Part shown: in pieces, positions 26,120 to 38,315 of the stretch | How the letters are laid out: each line of letters starts with the position of its first letter | How positions within the stretch are numbered: the first letter of the stretch is position 1 | DNA from: Octopus sinensis | Taxonomy: Eukaryota | Length of the DNA: 64,000 nucleotides | NCBI RefSeq assembly: GCF_006345805.1 | Contig: NC_043003.1 | Location: forward strand, 85,126,001 to 85,190,000 | Direction: 5' to 3' | Position numbers and translations under genes: made by a program | Notes under the pieces: generated by a model | The model's database searches: none | What the model saw: the letters and a program-made list of their open reading frames with translations, nothing else | What the model was told of the DNA's origin: nothing

Positions 26120-29100
26120 AATTATCTAACTGAATATATCACATGACCAACCAGACTGTCAGATGTTATTACATGTCACTGGGCACCATCCTGCTGGTGC
26201 ATCTCAGCAGAGACAAAGAAACCAGCAATGATAGCACAGGCAGATATTGAAGCTGTACTGAGATGTATTAGGGATGATACCAAGTACATAGCAAGAGGCA
26301 ACAATACGGCACCATTTCAGTGCTTTTCAAGTCAGAAACCTTCGCTATGAAGCACTCAATGGCCCCTTGCAAAAACCAGCAAGATCATTATGTATTCATC
26401 CCATTTGGGAAAAAGAATAGTGCATATCCACATTCTCAGGATTCCACCAGGACTTGACATGGTGGCTTCTGGGATGTGTAATCAAGCAAGGGTCAGATAC
26501 CATCCCGATAGAGGTGACAGAAACTGCCAGGGTGGATTTGGAGATACTTCTCCAGATCAAGTCCAAAGACTTCACAAGAATCCCAGACCACATCAATCTC
26601 CAAAACAGGATGGTATTGCACATAATGACTGAGAGCAGAAGGCCGCATTGTTTCATTTGTGGAGAAACTACTCATTTGTGAGCTTTCTGCCCTCAACTGA
26701 TAAAAAGTGCAAGGGGTCGATGGCCTCCATTGCTGCCTATGTCAGGACAAGGATCACAAGCAACACTGGCTGATAACTTTAGGCCCATAACTCTGCTGAA
26801 CACAGAGTTTAAGATTTTGGCATAGGTCTTAGTGAAGAGGTCGGCACTTGGCATCAAAGATTTAGCTGGGGAGGTGCAACATGACAACCTCTACTTCATG
26901 CAATACATCATAGAAAGGGTAGGATGTAAACCTAGATTCGGTGGCACTGTTGCCAGGCACTTACTGCCCTCTAATAGGTGGCAAAATCGGTCAGTAGAAC
27001 ATCCACTCTTGAATTTTAATAGAGGGTTAGTGGTGGAAAAGTGTGATGATGCACTCCGAGAGGCTCTGTTCTGGAGGACTTTTGAGCCTGGGATGATGGA
27101 TAACTTCCAGAAATCCCTTGCTTGGCAGTGCTAACAGGGGGCACTCTGTCAATGTCAAATACCAAAGAAGCAAATAGTTCTCTTTCTTTTTCTTGTTTTT
27201 ATTATTTTGGTTTGTTTTAAAAAAAACAAATGTCTAGTATATATATTGTACACAATTTTGTTTATTCTGATGAATTATTTAGTCCCCCCACCACCACTAA
27301 AATAAGACAACTTTGGACAATATGTTCTTTTGTCTGTTACAGGAAACTCTGAAAAACATGCTTGACAATATTGCTTACATGAAGTTTAATCAGGTACTAT
27401 GAATTATTCATTTTCGTAAACTTTTTCTTGTTATTTCTGTTTATCTTGCATACCAAAACTTGCTGACATTGCTTCAATTTTTCATCTATTTGCACATTTG
27501 ATTGACTGATTGATATCTCTTAAAGATTATAGATAGGAACAGGTTTATATTTTGTTGTCAACGTCGGCAGCATCTTGGTTCCATAACATCTAAGCCCTGC
27601 ATCTCCATCCAGACACCATGCATTCAGTTTCTATATTTTCCTATGAGCTTCCCTTCACCATCAATGGGTCAGCTCAAAAAATAGCATACCCATGACCTGT
27701 TGGGTCACCAGGGAAGTCTGAGTTTCCCAGCAACAGAGTTTTGTTTTGTAGGTTTTTTTTTTTCTTTTCCATGTTATTTTGCATGCTTTCAACAAATATG
27801 ACATCAAAATCATGCATAACTGGCTCCTTTCCCCAGAAAAGGAAAGATTTGGCTGCTATTTCTTGCACACCCTGCTACAACATAACAGTTCAAGTCCTTT
27901 ATTGCAAATAGCTGTTACATGGTAGCAGGGCGTGCTAGAAATAGCAGCCAAAGTTTTGGAGGTGAGATATGTTGAACGCTCTCGAAAGAAACCTATGGAA
28001 AAAGACTATTTCACATTAAGGTTATGAAAAAGGTCTTTTTCAAATTATTTACCTTATTTTAAAAGTCATTTTCACTTAAAAATATTTTACCTATCATAAT
28101 GTGTCTGATGGAAAAGTTAGGGTTCTTTCCCTTTCAGAATGAAGTTATTTTCGGAATATTTTCCCATTGTGCACCATTTTGGGTATTTATACCCCAAAAC
28201 CCCAAATATCTCAATAACTACTGGTCCGATTTACGCGAAACTTGTTTTATTCCATTCATATTCACATTTCAGGGGCACTTTACTTTCAAAGTATTTTCCC
28301 ATTATGCACCAGTTTGGCTGTGTAACATTGCAAGCAAGCAAGATTAAACTTCACTCTTAAGAGTATATATAGATGGCAGCTATATTCATTGCTTTAGACA
28401 ATCTCTTTCTGGTAGCTGTATAGTGATTATAGTGATAACTGGGCCTAGTGCTGTTCACCCACAGGACACATGCCAGTTGAGAGTCCATCACCTGAAGTTC
28501 TATCCTTATTTAGGCTGTTGTTTGTATTAATTCTTTTATTCATTAATCTCATACTGAAGAAAGTGGTAAGGTGTCATGGCCATCAGTATTTTTATCAAAA
28601 CACCATTTTTTGAGGGGTTTGCCCCAAAAGACTCAAAGGCACCTCTCTACCCTTAAAAGAATAAGTTAGCTACAAGTAGTAGTAGTAGCCGTGCTACTGT
28701 TGTTACTTTCTCTTCCATATTCCTTTTTCTCTTCAGATACATTTGTACACTCGATTCCGGTATCAAACCAGTTCAGCATGGCAGTTGTGCTACAGCTGTA
28801 GGTATGTATCTACTATAATAATACTCTTGTGTGTTTCTCCGTCACAACATATGAATGAGAAAGGAAGGGGTGATGGCAAATTTGGTAGTGGGATGGTGGA
28901 AGTTCGACAGTGGAAAAAAAATCGAACAGCGTTTCAACTCTGCATGTGTATGTATGTGTGTATGTAAAAGGAAGTCGTGTGTGTGTGTGTGCATGCGTGC
29001 AATGGAAGTAAGATGGTGAACATTCAACACTGAAAACAAACATCAAACAGCATTTCAACTCTGTGTGAGTATATGTGTGTACATGTACAAGGGAAGTATG

Positions 29101-32100
29101 TGAATGTTTGTATCTGTGATAATTTTGTACCTTATATATAATACAATTAGCCATCATTTTTGACGGCATGGGGCCAGCTAGTATAATACAATAATCTTTA
29201 CAACATCCCCCCACCATCTTACATGCTTCTACCAAATACAATATGAACCAATAAGAGAGCCTTTTTTTGGTTGCCAAACTTGCTAGAAATAGCAGCCAAA
29301 TCTCGTTATGGCAACACCATAGTAATCTTAAGAGAAGAACATTGAATAATGCAGATTTGAATGCCCACTGACTGAACAAAAGACAGTAATGGCCACAGTT
29401 TAAATGTCTTTGATCATATGTCTGCTTAATTAGGACTTAAAAGGGATTCAAGATTGAAGCTAAGTTCTTAGTACTTCACGATATCTATTCTGACTTTCTG
29501 CACTGTGATTTTGAATCCCACCTAGATCAACTTTGCCTTTCATCTCTTCAGGATTGATAAGAAAGAAGTACCAGTTGAATGCTGTGTGGCAGAAATGTAA
29601 GAATATCAGACTAGATGTCTTGTGCTATTCGTTAAGGTTCTTTGCAGTCAGTGTTCAAATCCTGTCATGGTGTTCTTGCATAGTAGATTTAATCAGTCAC
29701 TTGGTTTAGCACAACCAGTTTATAGCCTTAGGTGCTTTTAGTAGAGTCAACTTTGCTGCAAGCACTCAAGACAGGTCTCCTGTTCGTGGATACCTTCTTC
29801 CTTCCTTCCTAGCAGCTTCAGAAACCCTGTACAGAGTTACAAGTACTGCCTTCACTTTTGATAACTGGCAATCTGTTGGTTACAATGGTGAGTGTTCCAG
29901 TTGATCCAATCAACAGGAGTGCCTATGTGGTAAGTAGCTTGCTTACCAACCACATGGTTCCGGGTTCAGTCCCACTGCGTGGCACCTTGGGCAAGTGTCT
30001 TCTACTGTAGCCTCGGGCCAACCAATGCTTTGTGAGTGGATTTGGTAGACAGAAACTGAAAGACACTCATCGTATATATATATATATGTATGTATGTATA
30101 TGTTTGTGTGTCTGTGTTTGTCCCCCCAACATCGCTTGACAACCGATGCTGATGTGTTTACATCCCCATAACTTAGTGGTTCGGCAAAAGAGACCGATAG
30201 AATAAGTACTAGGCTTACAAAGAATAAGTCCTGGGATCAGTTTGCTCGACTAAAGGCGGTGCTCTAGCATGACCACAGTCAAATGACTGAAACAAGTAAA
30301 AGAGTATGCAAATAGCCGAGCATGCCACAGACACACATACCCTTAATGTAGTTCTCAGGATGATTTTGCATAGCACAGAATGTGGCAAAGCTGGCCCTTT
30401 GAATTGCAGGTACAACTCATTTTTGCCAATTTAGTAGACTTGAGCAACATGAAATAAAGTGCCTTGCTCAAGGACATGATGCACTGCAGGAAATTAAGTA
30501 GTAAATTTCTGTTTTGCTTATACTTTTGTGTCTTTCCTTCAGAAAGATGTTGTACATAATATCAATGTTTATAACATGAATTGTTACCTATTGCAGTGAG
30601 CTGTTGGAGATTGATAAGTTCTGCATGGATCGAGGCATGCAGTTGATTCCAGCAGTTGATGTTCATCCGTCTGTCCAATTTGAAGATTTGCCATTCTTGC
30701 AATGTGTATTTTACGACTATATCTCACATTTTACTAATTCAGAGTAAGTAACCACATTTCATTAAAGTTTACACATTCGTTTAACTGTTTTATGTTCATA
30801 GTTCTCTTGCTCTTTCCTACTTTCTCTCTTCTCTCCGACCTCTCTCTCTGTCTCACTCACTCTCTCTTCCCATCTATTTCTCCTTCTCTATCTGTTTATC
30901 AGAAGTAGAGAGCTTACTCTGAGCCCATTCATTATCATTACATATTTTTTCCTCATTTTAGTTTTTTTCCTCTTCAGTTAAGCAAGGAACTATAAAACCC
31001 TATGATGCAAAGTTTGGCTTTCTTTCAGACAAATCTAAAATTGTCGTAAACAATGCAGCAGCCTCATTATTGTTTCTTCTTTTTCTCATAATTATTATAG
31101 CTATTAATTTAATTACTAATAGCAGTGGATGCCAGAAACAGACTGACTTACAGTATCGGGTTAGTTCTCTTTACATAGGGGTGGTTGAAAGCTTCTCTTC
31201 ACAACCACATGGTTTCACATGTTATTCTACTGTGTGCCACTTTGATTCAGCTAAAACTAATAATAACAAATATGGTTATAGCTTAGAAGATATTTCCTTC
31301 TACACATGCGAAAGAATTTTAAAGAAACTGCCTACTTTTTTCACAACCATCTCACGAATACACATTCATGAGATGGTTGTGATCTCTAAACAGTTTTGAG
31401 TTGGAAATGGAAAGAGATGCATGAACATGCAACACGCATGTGCACACTGGATTTATAAAAAGAAGAGAGGAATAAAAACACAACACAAATGTCAAACAAG
31501 TTATATGATAGTCTGCATGTCATGTCTGGCATCACTATCATGCAGCTTTGCAATATGGACTGTTTAACCAACTTTGCTCATTTCTTGGGAAAAATATAGA
31601 TCAGTGGTTCTCAGCCATTTCTTTTTTGCCTATGGACTCCTTTGATTCATATTTTGCTCAGATGGACCCCTATTGCTATTCAATGTTTAAAAAAATCCTA
31701 TTATAATTTTAGAATTAAAATATTGTCAGCAGTTCATCATCATCATCGTTTAGTGTCCGCTTTCCATGCTAGCATGGGTTGGATGGTTCAACTGGGATCT
31801 GGGAAGCCAGAAGGCTGCACCAGACCCAGTCTGATCTGGCAATGTTTCTACGGCTGGATGCCCTCCCTAACGCCAACCACTCCGTGAGTGTAGTGGGTAC
31901 TTTTTACATGCCACCGGCACAGGTGCCAGACGAGGCTGGCAAACGGTCACGATCGGATGGTGCTTTTTACGTGCCACCAGCACGGAGGCCGGTTGTATAA
32001 AGAATTGTTAAAATATTTTGTTTATGGTTGAAGTATAGCTATTTTATTGCATATAAACTTGAACAGCAAAATCTTATATCAACCCTGGTTGAGAACCTTG

Positions 32101-33223
32101 TACATAGATGATCAAGATTCTTTTTCTTGTTTACAAGTAAAAAATGGTGAGTAGGTATGGAGCGCTTGTGAGGGAAAGAAAAGCATTGCTGAAGGCTATA
32201 AGAACTAGAGACAAGCATGTGGAAAAGGAGCTATTGCTGCAGGTCACATTTATGTTAAGCTGAAGAGCCAGAAGAGGAGAAAGAGTTCAATGATGACTTC
32301 TGAGACAAGGACTATCTTTGATGATTTAGTAACCGATTATTCATCTCACGATAAAAGGGGAAGCATCAACAACATGAATGAAGAGACCTTGAAAATATCA
32401 TCAACAGTGAGGAAATGCAAAGTATATTTAACTATGTATGCATTATGTGTACATGTGTGTTTGTGTATATTTATATAATGCTTCTCTTTATATATATATA
32501 TAAAATACAAAATGGGACAAGAATGCAAAACATCCAGACAACTAGGTGATACAAAAAGGGACAACAAAACATCCAGATAGACGATACAAAAAATAAAACA
32601 AGGACAGGTCATTTGAATCTTTCTATCCTCAGTCAAGAACCGGATCATCCTCGCAATTTCAGCTCATTAATCTTGAGATTGCTCCAATCTGGCTAGCCCC
32701 AAGGAAAACTAAGCTAAGAGCATTAGATTCCTTGGAAGAAAGCATCAAATATATACGAAAACAAAGACGGTAAAACAGACGATGTTACACAAATATAAAT
32801 ACAAAATACAATACAAATAATAATAATAATAATAACAGTGCATAACAACAGGTGTCTTTCGACTGGGAACGAATTGAATTAAACTGGCATGTGTGGAAAT
32901 GAAGCCTTATGGCTCAGATAAAACTTTCACAAACACAGGGAAGAGTATCGATGTGGTAGTGACCATGGTCAGACACAAAAAGAGGGCTAGCAGTCTGGCC
33001 TATCGGTCACGTGAGAAGAGAAGAAAGAGAAAAAGGGGAACAAAAGAATTAAGGAGGGAGAAGAGAAGAGAGAGAGTTGTAGAAGCAGATGGACAGAAGA
33101 ATTAAGGAGGAGTGAGAAAAAATGACAGGGACATAGTGAAGTGAAAAGTGAGTAAGAAAAGAAGGCAAAGAAATGTGAGAGGGGGAAAGAAAGAACGAAG
33201 AGTGGAATGAATGAATAAGCATG

Positions 33224-33259
<36 letters not shown>

Positions 33260-33576
33260 ATGTGTAGGGAAGGCATTAGCAGTGAGAAATATATTACACA
33301 AATGTAATTCTTTTTCCAAAATAATTTTTACTTCTTATTCAATGTTGATGAAGTTATAGGATGTTATTCAGGCACTCAGCTATGAGTCCACTGCATCTTA
33401 TAGAAGAAACAGCTGTAAGCTAATGTATTTCATAACATGACTGTTTTTTTTTTTTTTTTTTCTTTGTCATCTTATTTTCTTATTAACATTCTATATTTGT
33501 CTAACACTTCATTCTGAAGCATATATATATTGAGTTCTACACCAAGTTATTAGTCTCGCAATGCCTAAGTGAAATC

Positions 33577-33629
<53 letters not shown>

Positions 33630-36600
33630 TACAGGGTACGGTGAATAAACTGTCATCTAAATTACGCAAAAACGAAAATAACGGTGATATCTCATTTTAA
33701 CAAATATATTTACCAAAATTACATGAAAATATTTTGAAATACTAAAGAGTAAATCTATTCAATAAAATCGCCCTTGGCTTCAACCACAGCTGCCAGATGA
33801 CTTTGGAATCTCCTGCAGCTCCTCTGGACAGTCATCTTGTTTGAGTTGGTGAATGCTGCCATAATCTTTACCTTCTTTGGAGTTACAAGTACGATGGGTT
33901 GGTGCCTTCCTCTCAGATCGCTCCTTCCAAGTTCAAATTAATGGTTCGCGGTCCGACGTCTCCAGTGCGAGCAGTGGCGTGCCTCAAGGTTCAGTGCTTG
34001 GGCCCTTGTTGTTCTTAGTCTTCATAAATGACTTGCCCGACGACCTCACGCAACACACCCTTCTATTTGCCGACGATATCAAACTGGTCGCTCCTCGCGG
34101 TAGTATAGAGGATCTTCGTCGATGCCTCCACCAAATTTGGAAGTGGTCTAACGATTGGGACCTGTGTCTGAACGTGTCAAAGTGCTGTCATCTGCCTGTC
34201 GGCTCTACTCCTGCAACTCAACTTGATTTCGAGCCGGGTCGTCTGCTGCTGGAGAGGACCGATCAGGTAAAGGACCTGGGTATCTTGGTGGATTCCTCTT
34301 TTTCGCCTTCGGCCCAGTGCGTCCATGCTGCCAACAAAGCGCACGGAATTCTGTTTTTGATTCGACGGTCATTCGGAATGCTCACAGCAGCCATATTCCT
34401 ACCACTCTATGTCACGCTGGTGAGACCCATATTGGAGTATGGGATTCAAGCCTCTTCTCCTTATCTCCTCAAAGACATACAGCATCTCGAAAGAGTCCAG
34501 AGGCTGGCTACCCGCATGGTTCATGGTCTCAAAAATTCATCCTACGAAGAAAGGCTGAGGACGCTCGACCTTTATTCTCTTGAAAAACGCCGCCGCCGTG
34601 GTGATCTCATTCTCGCCCACAACATCATAAGCGGGAAGTGTAACCTCTCGAAAGAGCTGTTCTTCACTCCTGCTCCGGAGCGTCGGCTGCGGGGTCATTC
34701 CGAAAAGCTCTACCTGCGAAGGAGAGGAGCTTTCTCCGTCCGGGTTGCGGATCCGTGGAACAAGCTGCCAGACGAGATGGTGAAGATGCCGACGACCGCT
34801 TTGTTCAAAGCCTCCCTGGACCTCAAGTGGCCTGAACTCTTTACATGAACACCACCCTGTACTTAACTCCATGTCCCCCTACATGGCCTTGCTATTTGCT
34901 TTTGAGCCAAATTAACTAACTAACTAACTAACTAACTAACAAGTAGTTTTGTTGGTCTCTCGCTCAACTGTACCCCACACATAATAATCAAGGGGGTTGC
35001 AGTCTGGAGAGCTAGGTGGCCAGATGTTAGAGGTGATGTGGTCACAGAAATTGTCTGACAGCCATGACTGGGCTCTCTTGCTGGTGTGGCATGGTTCAGA
35101 GTCCTGTTGCCAGACATAGGGTCCAGCATCCACCCTCTTGATCTAGGGCAGCACTACCTCCTCCAGGCACTTGATGTAGGCCTCCATGTTGAGTCTGAGG
35201 CCATGTGGGAAAATGAATGGAGGCATAACATCGCTATCACTAGTGATCACTCCAAACACCATGATGTTGACTGAATGCTTGATTTTTATCACTCTTGATA
35301 CATGTTTTGAGGACACAGCAAGCCAATGGTTGTTCTGTGCGTTCACCATTTGATCCTGGCAGAAATTTTTCTCATCTGAGAAAAACAAAACATGTTTGGT
35401 TGGTGGGGATGCTTGAGTTTGTTCAAAATCTTCATAGCATGATCTTTCCTCTTATTTTTAATGGCTTGGAATAAAAATTGGCCCTTTCTCATCTTGTATG
35501 AGGAATACCAAATGCCTTCAAGTACTGTCTGCCTAATAAGAAACTCAGACATTCCCAAGTCCCTGGCAATGGACCTGATTGACTTGGCGGGATCATTGTC
35601 AATCATGGTCTGGATCTCACCGACAAATTCGGAAGTTCTTTTCCTATCAGAATGATCAGAGTGAGTTTTCCAAGCTGCCATACCTTCATCATTACCATTC
35701 TGTACCTTCATCACCAACTCTTTCCAAATCCTCTGTACTGACCTCATATTGACATCCAAACACTCTGAAATGTTCATTTTGGAACTTCTGGCACAAATGC
35801 CAAGCAGTACAGCATGTCATTTCCAAATTTCTGGCAGAGTGAATTGCATCATGGCACTATTTTTCTCACAAATGGTGCCCAACTGACCCCACTATACTGT
35901 GTAGTTGACCAAATCAAAAACAATGCACATGTGCAAAATTAAAAATATAAAATGGTGACAATTTACCCATCGCACCCTGTATATATACAGAGAGAGACAG
36001 ACAAAGAGAGAGAAAGAGAGTAATGAAATGGATTTAACATAACATTTGTAATCTTTATCTCATCTACAGCTTTATTAATGTAGGATCCCGTCTTACTAGT
36101 TTTCTCTTGGAATATCCTGATGATGACACTTTGAGCATCGCAGATGCTAGCAAATTTCTTCCAATAAAAGACAAGACTTTGTTAATAAGTGGCTCATCTC
36201 TCCATGATATAAAACAGCGTTTGATACAACGACTACCACCACACTTAATGTTTGGTGAGTATGGAACACAGGTAAGACAGCTAAGTGGATTTTATTTAGT
36301 TTCTGTAAGCCCCTATGAGTTGACAGGGACAGTTGAGTGCCAGGGTAAATATTTCAGTCTTGGCCCCTTATATTCACAGTTCAGATCCTTCTAAGGTAGA
36401 CTCATCTTTCTATCATGCAAGAGTTGATAAACTGTGTACCAGTCATACACTGGTACAGTTCAACTGTATGTCAGGTTTTATTTTATTTAATAATGCATTT
36501 TGTGAACAATAGTGTCATTGGTGGCAGGTTTCCATTTGGTCTATTATTGTTCACTATATTTACAATGTTGTGTAACAAGGATCATCTTTATCTTTTACTT

Positions 36601-38263
36601 GTTTCAGTCATTAGACTGTGGCCATGCTGGGACTCCACCTTGAGGAAATTTTAGTCTAACTAATTGACACCAAGATTTATATAAAAAATTTTTTTTGTTT
36701 GTTTTTTCCAAACCTGATACTTTGTCATTGGTTGAATTTACCAAGCCGCTAAGTTACATGGACATAAACACACCAACACTGGTTGTCAAGCAGCAGTGGG
36801 GAACAAACACTGGCACAAAGACACACACATATTTTATACAGATTCTCTGTCATTGCCTTTATGTGATTCAACCTCCTGAGATGAGCCTTCACCACATCTC
36901 ATGTCATCTTCAATCTTCTTCTTGAACAAAGCATCACATGATAAGAGATCAAACCAATTGAAATGTTGTATAGATGTAAATATTGCTTTCAAATTTTGGC
37001 ACAAGGCCAGCAATTCCAGGGCAGGGTTAAGTTGATTAGATCAACCCCATTGCTTATTTCATCGACCCCAGGTGCTTATTTCATTGACCCCCAAAAGGAT
37101 GAACGGCAAAGTAGACCTCAAACATAAAGACAGACTAAATGACACTAAACATTTTATTTGATGTGCTAATTATTCTGTCAGCTCACCTCCTTGTACACAT
37201 GCAAATATTGAAAATTATTTCATCTATAAAGCTAATATAAAAATCCCCAAAATTTTAATTGTGTTCCTGTGTAATTTTTACAATATGAAAATTAATTTCT
37301 TCTGGGTAATAAACAACAACAAAAAAAGTAATTGTTTTCTTCTTTCATAGGCCACCTATAATTTTGTGCCCCACTGCAAGCGTCTTTCTGAATATGGGTA
37401 AGTTCTATATTCATATAATTTTACCTTTGTTCTGGCATCTCACAGGTTTGGGATGTCAAAAATTTCTGTGTAAATTAAACACGAATTAGTAATTGTGATC
37501 TGCTTGTGTTCTGTCAACAATGCATTGGTTGGTTCAAATGTCACACCTTGGCTATCTTTTCTCTAGGCACACACATCATAACAGTTTACTACTATTTTAA
37601 CCTTCTACTTAAAGTCTCTCGTTTTCCATTTAGTAATAATTAAACAAGAAATATCAAACACAGCAGTTTTTCTTTTTCTCTATTCACCTAAGGTTACTTT
37701 CATTATTTTTCTTCATTTATATTTAAATAACAAATTTCGTTATTAGCATTGTCATAGCAGTGAAAACTGGGTCTTTTGACTCACTTGTGCCACAATCTTC
37801 ACAATAGCACATACACACACAGAGATAAACATGAATTTGTTTGCATTATTTTATATTCTAGGTGTATCTGATGTTTGTATGCTTGTGTGGGTACTCTGGA
37901 AAAAACAGAATGAATCTGGGGGAAACAGTTAGAGGGGGACTCCATCAAGACCTATGTCCTTGAGTGGGCAGGAACTACTACTAAAATGGAGTTCAGATGC
38001 ATTTGAATGTCCACTTTTCCATGCTTGCATAAATTGGACTTTATTTATATGTGTATATATATATATGTGTGTGTGTGTGTATGTTTGTGTTGAACCATTA
38101 ATCCTGACACATTTTTTCTTCCTCTGTTTTTCTCCTCTCAACCCTTTCTGTCAAAGAGCGTAGGCTCAAATTGTCAAAGACTTCCATTCTTCCCAAGCAG
38201 CCAACTAATACACCAGCTTGGTGTTTCCTCACCAGTTTTCATCTTTTGTTTTCTGTAAATTCA

Positions 38264-38315
<52 letters not shown>

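Noticed and set aside
33877-34848. 323-aa ORF as a host gene
   Set aside because: It is the RT C-half of a 5'-truncated LINE with tail and TSD, and has no genuine start.
36070-36271. Calling the gene an active beta-hexosaminidase or giving it a HEX symbol
   Set aside because: The catalytic DE pair is absent and the architecture differs from HEXA/HEXB/HEXD; orthology is not established.
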